DNA of 64,000 nucleotides from Candidatus Latescibacterota bacterium (GTDB taxonomy: Bacteria > Latescibacterota > UBA2968 > GCA-2709665). The first letter of the stretch is position 1, and every line of letters starts with the position of its first letter. Position numbers and translations under genes: made by a program. The DNA is taken from assembly GCA_965248435.1 (NCBI GenBank), contig OZ252100.1, positions 3,680,001 to 3,744,000 of the forward strand, in the 5' to 3' direction. The notes under the pieces were generated by a model. That model searched no databases. It worked only from the letters and a program-made list of their open reading frames with translations, and was not told the origin of the DNA. Shown piece after piece: positions 18,701 to 27,982 of this stretch.

Positions 18701-21424
18701 TTGGCAGGAGGTGTTTGGGTCACGCGAGGACATGAGGCGTTCAGCAAAGGCACGTGCGGGAACGCCGGTCAGAATCTGTATGTGTCGAAGGCCGGCGTCC
18801 TTCAGCGCATCCACCAGCTGGATTTCAATCGCGATGGGTACCTGGATCTGGTCTTTTGCAACTCGCAGGACCACCGCGAGCGGATTCCCTCCTATGTCTA
18901 CCGGGATCCGCTCGGTGAGGCCACTCGCAGCGAGCTTCCTGGCGACGGGACGATGGCGGCCGTGGTGACCGACCTCAACGAGGACGGCTTCGACGACCTT
19001 GTCCTGGGGATGGTGTATGACGGGAGCACGACGACCGACCTGAACGCGATCATCTATTACGGCGGCCCCGGAGGGTGGAGCGAGCGCAGACTGCAAAAGA
19101 TTCCTGCCCCGTTCTGTACCGCCGTCGCCGCGGGGGACTTCAACGGAAACGGCAAGCCGGACCTGGCCTTCCTCTGTCACGGCAAACTCAGGCTGTTCTA
19201 CCAGACGGAGCTCGGATTCGAACCCCGGCGGTTCGTGGAGCTGGAGATCGAAGGGCAACGACTGGATGCCGGCGACCTGGACGGAGACGGGACGGCCGAG
19301 CTGGTCGTGAGAAACAAGGAGGGGGAGGTCGACGTCTACTGGGGCGGCGAGGAGGGGATTGCGACGAATCGCGTGAGTCGGGTTCCCGTGACCTCTCTGG
19401 AGACTGAGGAGGAGGAACATGCGCCAGCGTCATTCGAGGAAGATGCCAGGGCCGCCGATGCGGGGCCGCTGATCAAGGTGATCACGTTGAATGACGCACC
19501 CCACATTTTTGTTCCAGAGGCGCGATTCGCATCGCTCGTACCGGTGCGGGAGGATCGAGGTTTCGGAGAGGCGATCGTTCTCGGGTGCGCGAGCGCGATG
19601 TCGATCGACGTTGGAGACGTGAACGGCAACGGCCAGTCCGATCTGGTCGTTGCCTGCCGCGAGCCGTTCGAAGCGGAGGAGTGTTCGTGGGTCTACTGGG
19701 GGAATGAGGACGGGTACGACGAAGATCGGCGCACGCGTCTCGCCTGTTTCCGGGCGTGCGACGTGGCGGTGGGTGACCTGGACGGAGACGGCCTGGACGA
19801 CATTGTGCTCTGCCAGAACCAGACGGTGGACGATTTCACGCGCGAGTCTTTGATTTACCGCGGGAGTCGGGACGAAAGACTGGAGGACCCGACCTCAATT
19901 CTCGCCCACGATCCCCGCCGCGTTTTCATTCCCAACGCCTCGGATGACCCGACTCCTCACGTCGTGTTCGTGAACCACTTTGCGGGCGGGCGAAACGGGG
20001 ACGTGAACGTCTATATCTACCACGGGGGACCGGACGGCTTCTCACCCGATCGGCGCCAGGAGCTCCCGGGCTGGTCGGCTGTTGAGGCGATCGGTGCAGA
20101 TCTGAATGATGACGGGTGGCCTGACCTGCTGTTGGCCAACTGTTCGGAAATGACTTCGCACAGGAGAAACATAGACCCGGGGTCTTTCGTCTACCTGAAC
20201 GGTCCCGGGGGCTTCCCCGATCGGCCGACGCAGACGCTTCCGACCGTGCGTGCGCACGGGGCGTGCTGCGCGGACCTGAATCGAGATGGTTATCTGGATG
20301 TGGTGTTCGGAGGCTTCCACAACCCCGACCTGCTGATCTATTACGGATCGGCAAACGGGTTCGATCCCAAAGCGTGTGATCGGATCCGGCTCGAGCACGA
20401 CGGCGTTGTCTACGATGAGTGCCGGTGGATCTGTCTGGCCGATCTGAACAACAACGGGTGGCTGGATCTCGTCGTGCCGCAGATCTTTCACGATCGGAGT
20501 CTTATCCTGTGGGGAGGACCCGAGGGGTTCAGCATGGAACGCGTGCAGCCTCTTTCGGTACTGAGGGCCTCGACAGTGCAGGCGGCCGATCTGACCGGGA
20601 ATGGATACCTGGACCTGGTGATCGGGAGCTTCAAGAACGAACCGACGGGACCTCCTGTCTCCTTCGTCCACATCTACTGGAACGGACCCGAGGGGATTCG
20701 TGAGTTCGATCACACGCAGCTCCAGGCGAACGCCTCCAATTGCATATCGATCGCGGACTTCAACAACGACGGCACGCTGGATATCTTTACCGGCTCCTAC
20801 GACGACGGGCGAGGAGAGCGAGACATCGATTCCTACATTTACTGGAACCGGCCCGGGAAGGGGTTCAGCCAGGCCGACCGGACACGGCTGTTCACGCACT
20901 CTGCCTGTGGCTGCCTGGCGGCTGATTTTAACGAAGATGGATGGGTGGACCTGGCGGTCGCAAATCACAAGATCTGGGGGGACCACCTCGGCCACTCTGC
21001 GGTCTGGTGGAACGGACCGGACGGGTTCGACGAAAAACGGCAAACGCTGCTGCCCACGGTCGGTCCTCACGGAATTCGGGCCGTGGATCCCGGTAACATC
21101 ATGGATCGGGGACCGGACGAGTACTACGTTTCGGAGGCATTCAAGCTTCCGGAGGGCTGTGCAGTTACGGAGGTGTCGTGGGAGGCCGAGCTGCCACCCA
21201 AAACCTGGGTGAAGGCCCAGCTGCGGTTCGCGGATTCGGAGGCAGGGTTGGCGCTTGCGGAATGGACGGGACCTGAGGTGTCGGATAGCTGGTTCGAGAA
21301 TGCGCAGAAGGTCGACGCAGCCAGGTTTCGCGGAAAATGGGTCCAGCATAGACTGGCTCTGGGTGCCGTGAACGGAGGCGGCACACCGAGGGTCTCAGAG
21401 GTCTCGATAACCTATTCCGGATGA
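18701..21424 (+). CDS. FG-GAP/VCBS repeat protein, copy 2
   Basis: TTG start after AAGGAGG; colinear with copy 1. Confidence 0.85.
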   Translation: MAGGVWVTRGHEAFSKGTCGNAGQNLYVSKAGVLQRIHQLDFNRDGYLDLVFCNSQDHRERIPSYVYRDPLGEATRSELPGDGTMAAVVTDLNEDGFDDLVLGMVYDGSTTTDLNAIIYYGGPGGWSERRLQKIPAPFCTAVAAGDFNGNGKPDLAFLCHGKLRLFYQTELGFEPRRFVELEIEGQRLDAGDLDGDGTAELVVRNKEGEVDVYWGGEEGIATNRVSRVPVTSLETEEEEHAPASFEEDARAADAGPLIKVITLNDAPHIFVPEARFASLVPVREDRGFGEAIVLGCASAMSIDVGDVNGNGQSDLVVACREPFEAEECSWVYWGNEDGYDEDRRTRLACFRACDVAVGDLDGDGLDDIVLCQNQTVDDFTRESLIYRGSRDERLEDPTSILAHDPRRVFIPNASDDPTPHVVFVNHFAGGRNGDVNVYIYHGGPDGFSPDRRQELPGWSAVEAIGADLNDDGWPDLLLANCSEMTSHRRNIDPGSFVYLNGPGGFPDRPTQTLPTVRAHGACCADLNRDGYLDVVFGGFHNPDLLIYYGSANGFDPKACDRIRLEHDGVVYDECRWICLADLNNNGWLDLVVPQIFHDRSLILWGGPEGFSMERVQPLSVLRASTVQAADLTGNGYLDLVIGSFKNEPTGPPVSFVHIYWNGPEGIREFDHTQLQANASNCISIADFNNDGTLDIFTGSYDDGRGERDIDSYIYWNRPGKGFSQADRTRLFTHSACGCLAADFNEDGWVDLAVANHKIWGDHLGHSAVWWNGPDGFDEKRQTLLPTVGPHGIRAVDPGNIMDRGPDEYYVSEAFKLPEGCAVTEVSWEAELPPKTWVKAQLRFADSEAGLALAEWTGPEVSDSWFENAQKVDAARFRGKWVQHRLALGAVNGGGTPRVSEVSITYSG

Positions 21425-21435
21425 CGGGGAGGCGC

Positions 21436-22611
21436 TCAGGTCTCCTCGAGGATCTTCGCCATAATCTCCGGATGCGGGACACCCGCTGTCCGTAACTCGT
21501 CGTAGGCGCGACGGTGCTTCCAGTCCTGCCGCTGGTGCGATCGAATGTCGTATTCCTCCGCATACCGCACAGGCAGCTTCCCTTCATCGAGCATCATCGA
21601 CATCGGGTAATCCTCCACCGCCAGCGGCATCCGGACAACCTCGTGATCTCGCGCCGACTGGTAGATCGCCATCATGATCTCCATAGTCTGACGCGCTTGA
21701 AGGCCGTCGCAGCGGTAGTCGGTCTCTCCGTCGAGCCAGGCCTTGAGCCCCAATGCCTGAGCGACCCAGACCTCCTTGCCCTCCAGTCCGGCCTCCCTGG
21801 CCGAAGCCAGGATCTCGTTGCTCCAGGGCATATGACGAGTCTCCGGGGTAACCGTGTCGTTGTTTATCATCTGAACTTCATTTGGACCTGCGGTCAGCAT
21901 CCCCTCTGTCCCCTGCACAGTCAGTCGTTCAACGTCCCTTCTCGACGTGAGATCCACCTGGAGGAGGCCCTGGGTCCCGCCCGCGAACTGCATCAACCCC
22001 AAGCAGCAGTCCTCGATCGGGACGGATCGCTCCCATCGGTTCGTCTTGCGCTCGAGCGCGCCCATCACCCATTCGGTCGTCGGATCCCCGAGCAGGTAGC
22101 GCGTCGCGTCGATCACGTGACTGCCGCAGTTGAGCAAACCGTCCCACACCTCACAGGTCGCGAGCACGGGGCGACCGATCGCCCCTTCGCTGATCAGCCG
22201 GCGCGCCTCCGTCCAACCCGGATAAAACCGACGCTGATGCGCGATCGCGAGCTTTGTACCGTCTTTTGAACAAACGTCGAGCATCTGGTCCGCCTCGGAC
22301 AGACGGTCAGCCATCGGTTTTTCACACAGCACTGCCTTGACACCGTGCTCCGTCGCCAGGACCGTCTGAGGGGCGTGCAGGAGATGCCAGGTGCAGATGC
22401 TGACGACATCCAACGACTCCTTCTGGAGCATTTCTTCTGCGTCCAAATACATTGCCGGCACGGAGAATGTCTTCTTGAATTCCTGTGAGATTTCTTCCCG
22501 GACCTCAGCAGCTGCCACAATCTCCATCCCCGGCACGCTCAGATAGCCGTTTGCGTGATGCTTAGCGATGACGCCGCATCCGATGATGCCCACTCGATAC
22601 CTGCTCGACAT
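21436..22611 (-). CDS. Gfo/Idh/MocA oxidoreductase
   Basis: VGIIGCG, DVVSICT, LCEKPMA, HQRRF, GSHVID. Confidence 0.9.
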   Translation of the reverse strand: MSSRYRVGIIGCGVIAKHHANGYLSVPGMEIVAAAEVREEISQEFKKTFSVPAMYLDAEEMLQKESLDVVSICTWHLLHAPQTVLATEHGVKAVLCEKPMADRLSEADQMLDVCSKDGTKLAIAHQRRFYPGWTEARRLISEGAIGRPVLATCEVWDGLLNCGSHVIDATRYLLGDPTTEWVMGALERKTNRWERSVPIEDCCLGLMQFAGGTQGLLQVDLTSRRDVERLTVQGTEGMLTAGPNEVQMINNDTVTPETRHMPWSNEILASAREAGLEGKEVWVAQALGLKAWLDGETDYRCDGLQARQTMEIMMAIYQSARDHEVVRMPLAVEDYPMSMMLDEGKLPVRYAEEYDIRSHQRQDWKHRRAYDELRTAGVPHPEIMAKILEET

Positions 22612-22759
22612 TCAGTCACCCTCCTTGATGGACCTCGGAGCACGGGGGGAGTAGACGCTCGAGGCCTCCTGGCTTCGATCCTGTTTTACATAATATGGAC
22701 GCCCGTTGGATGGCGCGCACGGAAAAAATAGGCCCTGCAGCAGCATCCGGATATAGCGC

Positions 22760-22788
22760 TTGACAGCCTCCGAATGGGCGACCATGTT
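22760..22788 (+). promoter_or_regulatory. Candidate sigma70 promoter for the dipeptidase
   Basis: TTGACA-17 nt-CATGTT in the divergent intergenic region. Confidence 0.35.
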
Positions 22789-22828
22789 TGTCGCCGGTAT
22801 GTCCATCCAATCCGGCGCTTGCGACGTC

Positions 22829-23791
22829 ATGACAACCAACCAACAGAGGATTCACCGAGAGGCCATAGTGGTGGTGGCCCACGATCACCGCCCGATCGGA
22901 CCGGACCTGACGCTGATGCGGGCGGGCGGTGTGGATGCGAAGGTCTACCAGGTTGCACTGGATGTGGACCCCGAGCAGGGCAGGGAAGGCTCGCGGAATC
23001 TGGCAGAGGGGTGGTTGAATCGGGCGACGCAGGGGATGGAAACGGCTCTGCGCGACATCGAGGCCCACGCGGAACAGTGTATTCTGGCGAAGAATGTCGA
23101 GGATATCGAGCGCGCCAAAGAAGCGGGGCGGATTGCCATCCTTCTGGGTATTGAAGGAGCGCGCTGGCTGGAGGGTAGCCTAGAGCCGCTGCACTCTTTT
23201 TATGATCTGGGCCTCCGAGAACTTCAGCTGAAATGGTCCTTCCAAAATCAGTTGGTGCCCCAGCAACACCTGAGCGATTTCGGCCGGGAGGTGGTGTCCG
23301 AATGCGAGCGGCTCGGGATCTTGGTGGACCTGACCCATCTCCCGCCGGAAGCCTTCTACGACGTTATCGAGGTCGCGCGGAATCCGGTGATCGTCTCTCA
23401 CGGGTCGGCGAAGGCGTTGACGGCGGACCTGGACGACGATCGGATTCGGGCACTGGCTTCGACGGGTGGGGTGCTGGGGATTCATTTCTACACGACCTAT
23501 CTGGGCGCGTCGCCCGGTCCCGAAGACATGGTGAAGCAGGTTGCTTATGTCTCCGAGCTTGTCGGGATCGATCATGTCGCCCTCGGGGTGGACTTCTTTC
23601 CGACGGAGGGCGCCTGGCGGAAGCTACAGGAGGAATGCGGTACGACGGAGCTGGAGTGGGCGGTCGAGGATATGCGCGGGATGCCGGAGATCACCCACCA
23701 CCTGATCGATCACGGGTTTTCGGAAGCGGAAGTGCGCAAGGTACTTGGACTAAACTTTCTTCGGGTCTGCAGGAAAGTTTTCGACACATAG
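22829..23791 (+). CDS. Membrane dipeptidase family (peptidase M19) metallohydrolase
   Basis: LRAGGV, GRIAILLGIEG, LVDLTH, VIVSH, GIDHVALGVDF; ATG 22829 preferred over TTG 22760. Confidence 0.8.
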   Translation: MTTNQQRIHREAIVVVAHDHRPIGPDLTLMRAGGVDAKVYQVALDVDPEQGREGSRNLAEGWLNRATQGMETALRDIEAHAEQCILAKNVEDIERAKEAGRIAILLGIEGARWLEGSLEPLHSFYDLGLRELQLKWSFQNQLVPQQHLSDFGREVVSECERLGILVDLTHLPPEAFYDVIEVARNPVIVSHGSAKALTADLDDDRIRALASTGGVLGIHFYTTYLGASPGPEDMVKQVAYVSELVGIDHVALGVDFFPTEGAWRKLQEECGTTELEWAVEDMRGMPEITHHLIDHGFSEAEVRKVLGLNFLRVCRKVFDT

Positions 23792-23803
23792 AGGTTCAGA
23801 CAG

Positions 23804-24739
23804 ATGATGATCGACAGCCACATCCACGTTTTTAACCGCAGCGTGGGCGGCGCGGAGGAGAACTTTCCGCTATGGCCAAAGTCGCGCTGGGGCGCTGGCG
23901 AGGAAGATCTGCTGAGACAGATGGACGAGGCCGGGATCGACAAGGCCTTTCTGATCAGTTACACCCCTGTGGACGTGATGGCCCATTATGCGCCTGAAAA
24001 GCGGGACCACATGCTGGCGGTATTTCAGCACTACCTCTCGAAGGACCACGCCATCCGCGTCTGGTCGGAGCATCGGGATCGGTTTTTCTGGTTTTCCGAT
24101 TCGATCGATCCTCGCGTGCCGGGGTATGTTGAGCGAGCCGAGCAGGACCTGGACCGGGGCGCGAGCGGCCTGAAGCTGCTGCCTCTTTTCGTGCACACGG
24201 AGATGGGCGACCCTCGCTGGCGCCCGATCTTCGAGCTGCTTCAGAGAAAAAACAAACCGTGTATCATCGATCTGTCCTGGTGGTATACCAATCGGCCGTG
24301 GTTTTCACCGAGTACGAACGAAAAATACGACTCCTATACAGACTATGTTCATGGGCTCGGCGAGCTGGCCGCGGACTTTCGTGACGTTAAGGTCCAGCTT
24401 GCCCATTTCGGTACGCCCAAGGGGAGGGGTGAGGACGAATCCGCCATGGACGAAGTCATCGGTTTCGTCCAGGCCCACCCCAATCTCTCTTGCGACCTGG
24501 CTGCCTACCAGCAGTCGATCCCGGAGGGTGAGCCGTATCCGTATTGGACCGCTTTGAGGGTCGTGGAGAAACTGGTGGAGGGATTGGGGGCCGAGCGGAT
24601 CTGCTGGGGGACGGACTGGCCCTACCTGGGTGTGCAGCCATACGGGGAGATCGTTCGAGCCATTCGGGAAGCCCCGTTTTTGGACGCGAAACAGGTAGAG
24701 AAGATTCTGGGGTTGAATGCGTTGCAGTTTGTTACGTGA
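23804..24739 (+). CDS. Amidohydrolase family (Amidohydro_2)
   Basis: IDSHIH, GLKL, LAHFG, WGTDWP, ILGLNA. Confidence 0.85.
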   Translation: MMIDSHIHVFNRSVGGAEENFPLWPKSRWGAGEEDLLRQMDEAGIDKAFLISYTPVDVMAHYAPEKRDHMLAVFQHYLSKDHAIRVWSEHRDRFFWFSDSIDPRVPGYVERAEQDLDRGASGLKLLPLFVHTEMGDPRWRPIFELLQRKNKPCIIDLSWWYTNRPWFSPSTNEKYDSYTDYVHGLGELAADFRDVKVQLAHFGTPKGRGEDESAMDEVIGFVQAHPNLSCDLAAYQQSIPEGEPYPYWTALRVVEKLVEGLGAERICWGTDWPYLGVQPYGEIVRAIREAPFLDAKQVEKILGLNALQFVT

Positions 24740-24781
24740 TGCCCTTCGAGATGGAAAATCCCCCCTGCCCCCCTTTACAAA

Positions 24782-26103
24782 GGTTCATCACCGATTTCCG
24801 GGGAAGGCGTGGCGGATTCTAAGAAAGAAATAATTATCATCCCTGAAGCCATATGCCATCCGCTTGATGACCTTGATTTTGTTGTTAATTCCCTCAATCA
24901 GGCTTGTCCCGATGGGATAGTCACAGTGAGCTAGGATTCCTGGCATATACGTCTTCAGATTGCGTGCGAATTTCTTGAGTGGCTCGATCTTGCTGTAGAT
25001 GGCGCGTCGATACCACTGATTCCAGAATCTGTTGGCCGCAGCTCTGGATCGATAAGACCAGAGATGATTGAGATCCTCTTTGAGGAGGTATACCGTGTAG
25101 AGGCGTTTGTTTGCAGAAAGCAATTCTCTTAGCGACACTCTGTCTTCTTTGCTCGTGACATTTGCTTTGCTGCGCAGGAGCAACCACCGTTGGTTCTGAG
25201 TCACTTTGCGATCGGGTCGGCCACCGCGCACCCGACCCAGTTCGTCGATGCGTACTCGCTCGACGACGTCGCGGTTGTACTTGGCTTTAACGTGATACAG
25301 GTCATAGATGATGTCCACATCCGGACAATGGGATCGCACCTCCTCTTCGTAGGCACCGTTCATGTCCATCGCCACGGCCTCAAGTTGCTTGCAGCCTTCT
25401 TCTCCAAGGAGGTGGAAAAACGGGCGGATGTCCTCTCGACTTCGGCCGCGACCCACCCATAGGACACGCTTGGTCTCCATGTCAACAATCACTGTGGCGT
25501 AGCGATGGCCCTTTTGGATCGCAAATTCGTCCATGCCGATCACCGTGACCCTGGCAAAATCCGGCGGTTCCAGCTCTTGCTGGAGATGGGTCTTGTGAAT
25601 GCGCTTCACGGTATTCCAGCTCATCCCATAGTGCTGTGCCACGTGCTGGATGGGCAGGACTTCGCACAATCGAACAACACTTTCAGCCAGGCGTTGAGTG
25701 ACCCGTGAATACCGATCCAGCCAGTCAATCTGCTCCGTCCGGCAGCCACATCGGGGACATAGGACGCGCCGGGAGTGCACGATCAGCCTGGTTCGAGACC
25801 CCCAGATCGGCAAATCCTGAGCAAATCGCACTGCCCAATCATGAACCCGGTACGCCTTCTTCCCGCAACCACCACACCGAGGAAGGCGGCCTGTCTTGGG
25901 ACGTAACTCGACTCCAACAACGTCTGCTTCCTGACGTTGAATGCCAACTACCACAAACCCTTGCCACCTACCCAGTAAGGATATACTTTGCACCTGAGAC
26001 AACGCGCTCTCCTTTCTACCTTCAGGTTTATAGAGGATACTCTGAAGATAGGTCGGATGCCGTTGTCTCGTCTATTTTCTACCCCAACATTTGACGAAGA
26101 ACC
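24782..26103 (-). mobile_element. Complete ISL3-family insertion sequence (1322 bp)
   Basis: Imperfect ~25-bp terminal IRs (GGTTCATCACCGATTTCCGGGGAAG / rc GGTTCTTCGTCAAATGTTGGGGTAG); 8-bp direct repeat TTTACAAA at 24774-24781 and 26104-26111. Confidence 0.92.
24788..26002 (-). CDS. ISL3-family transposase
   Basis: Zn finger CxxC..CPRCG, IGMDEFA, AMDM, DLYHV, EGINNKIKVIKRMAYGFR. Confidence 0.95.
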   Translation of the reverse strand: MSQVQSISLLGRWQGFVVVGIQRQEADVVGVELRPKTGRLPRCGGCGKKAYRVHDWAVRFAQDLPIWGSRTRLIVHSRRVLCPRCGCRTEQIDWLDRYSRVTQRLAESVVRLCEVLPIQHVAQHYGMSWNTVKRIHKTHLQQELEPPDFARVTVIGMDEFAIQKGHRYATVIVDMETKRVLWVGRGRSREDIRPFFHLLGEEGCKQLEAVAMDMNGAYEEEVRSHCPDVDIIYDLYHVKAKYNRDVVERVRIDELGRVRGGRPDRKVTQNQRWLLLRSKANVTSKEDRVSLRELLSANKRLYTVYLLKEDLNHLWSYRSRAAANRFWNQWYRRAIYSKIEPLKKFARNLKTYMPGILAHCDYPIGTSLIEGINNKIKVIKRMAYGFRDDNYFFLRIRHAFPGNR

Positions 26104-26159
26104 TTTACAAAGGGGGGAGAGTGCTCTTGCTGAAAGAGTACCCATCAAGGAATGGATGC

Positions 26160-26193
26160 TTCCCCCTTTGGAAAAGGGGGATTGAGGGGGATT
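26160..26193 (-). repeat. C/G-run hairpin repeat CCCCCTTTGGAAAAGGGGG, inverted partner of the IS-disrupted hairpin
   Basis: tccccctttggaaaagggggattgagggggatt. Confidence 0.7.
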
Positions 26194-26215
26194 TCGTAAC
26201 AGCAAACGCAATCTT

Positions 26216-27982
26216 TCACCTACCTTGCGACCCCTGTCTACCGGCGTGCATCTCCGCGCGCAGATGGTCGGTCTGATCCCTGTCCAGGACCGGCGGATCC
26301 CCTTCAAGAATGACCACGCCGTATTCCTTCCTTGCGTGATTTCTGGTCACTCTTTCTTCCAGAACATCCTTCAACACGTGCTCGGGGTCCCGCTCCAACG
26401 GGTCGCCGTTTCCGCCGCCTCCGGGGAGGAGGTGGCTGAATAGGTCACCCTTCACAAGCGTGACGGGATCGGTGATCAGGACGGGCAGCATCCGGTTTTC
26501 CGTGTCGGGATTGACGATGCTCCAGGTCGGCGCCCCCGGCTTTCCGCCGTTCAGTCCGTGCGGGGGGTAGCGCCGCTTGTCGGTCCGGACGGTGAGCACG
26601 GCTTCGTCGGCCAGGACGCGGACGTCGCGGACGGTGGAGAGCCCGCCTCTGAACTTGCCCGGGCCCCCGGTGTCCGGGAGATAGCTGTAGCGCTCGACGC
26701 GGAGGGGCTGTTCCGCTTCGATCATCTCGATCGGGACGTTGGACTGGTTGGCGCCCATGTGGGGTACGCCCTCCTGGCCGTCGTGGGTGGTGGCTCCTCC
26801 CCAGGTTCCCCAGATGGTCTCGACGTAGACGAACGGCTTGCCGTCCTGGTAGCCCCCATACCCGACGAGGGTGGATCCGCCGTTGCCGTCCGCCGTTACC
26901 CTGTCGGGCACGGCCTGGGCCAGCGCGCCGAAGATGCAGTCGATCATGCGAAACCCGGAGATGCCGCGGGCCCCACACGGGAAGGGGTGCTGCGGGTTGA
27001 CCACCGTGCCTTCCGGAGCGATGACCGTGATCGGACGATTGAAGCCGTGGCTGTTAGGGATGTCGGAGGCCATCACGCACTTGATTGCCGTGTAGGCGGC
27101 GGCTTTGGTAAACGGAACCGGGGAATTGATACCGCCCTTCACGGCAGGGGACGTCCCGGTCCAGTCGACGATGATCTCCTCGCCCTCGACAGTGAGTTTC
27201 AGCTTGAAGATGATGGGCTCGGTGTCTGACCCGAGGCCGTCCAGGTGGTCCGTGAATTCGTAGGTGCCATCCGGGATACCGGCGATCTCTGCGCGCGCGA
27301 TGCGCTCTGCGTAGTTGTGGATCTCCTCGATGTAGAGGGCCATAGTCTCGGGACCGTAGCGATTGAAGAGATCCGTGAATTTGCGCTCGGCGCCGTGGCA
27401 GGCCGAGATCTGTGCGCCCAGATCGCCCAGCACCTTTTCAGGAAGGCGAACGTTCTGGCGGATGATGTCCCAGATCGACTGGTTGGCCTTGCCGCGATCG
27501 TAGAGTTTGAGGATCGGGATGCGAAGTCCTTCCTGGTAGATCTCTGTCGCTCCGATGGAATTGCTCCCGGGTACGATGCCCCCGACGTCGACGTGATGCG
27601 CGATCGTGGTGGCCCAGCTCCACAGTTCTCCCTCAATGAAGATCGGTTTGATGATGTAGATGTCGGGGAGGTGCTGGCCGCTGGCGCTGTAGGGGTCGTT
27701 GAAGATGTAGATGTCGTCGGGATGGATCCGGCCCTCGTACTGCTCGATCAGGGCTCGCATCGCGTCGTAGAAGCTTCCGAGGTGCAGCGGGGTCGTCAGA
27801 CCCTGGGCGAGGGTCTGACCCTTCGCGTCGCAGAGTGCGGTCGAGTAGTCCATCGCATCCCGAACGATCTCTGAGTAGCCGGTGCGCATGATGATCAGGG
27901 CCATCTCGTCTGCGATCGTGTCGAACGCGTTCTTGATGACTTCCAGGAGGATCGGATTGATTTCAGACGGTGCTGTGCTCAT
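26216..27982 (-). CDS. Hydantoinase B / 5-oxoprolinase family subunit
   Basis: NDPYSASGQHLPDI, HHVDVGG, EIYQEGLRIP, GPGKFRGG, GGGGNGDPLERD. Confidence 0.92.
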   Translation of the reverse strand: MSTAPSEINPILLEVIKNAFDTIADEMALIIMRTGYSEIVRDAMDYSTALCDAKGQTLAQGLTTPLHLGSFYDAMRALIEQYEGRIHPDDIYIFNDPYSASGQHLPDIYIIKPIFIEGELWSWATTIAHHVDVGGIVPGSNSIGATEIYQEGLRIPILKLYDRGKANQSIWDIIRQNVRLPEKVLGDLGAQISACHGAERKFTDLFNRYGPETMALYIEEIHNYAERIARAEIAGIPDGTYEFTDHLDGLGSDTEPIIFKLKLTVEGEEIIVDWTGTSPAVKGGINSPVPFTKAAAYTAIKCVMASDIPNSHGFNRPITVIAPEGTVVNPQHPFPCGARGISGFRMIDCIFGALAQAVPDRVTADGNGGSTLVGYGGYQDGKPFVYVETIWGTWGGATTHDGQEGVPHMGANQSNVPIEMIEAEQPLRVERYSYLPDTGGPGKFRGGLSTVRDVRVLADEAVLTVRTDKRRYPPHGLNGGKPGAPTWSIVNPDTENRMLPVLITDPVTLVKGDLFSHLLPGGGGNGDPLERDPEHVLKDVLEERVTRNHARKEYGVVILEGDPPVLDRDQTDHLRAEMHAGRQGSQGR

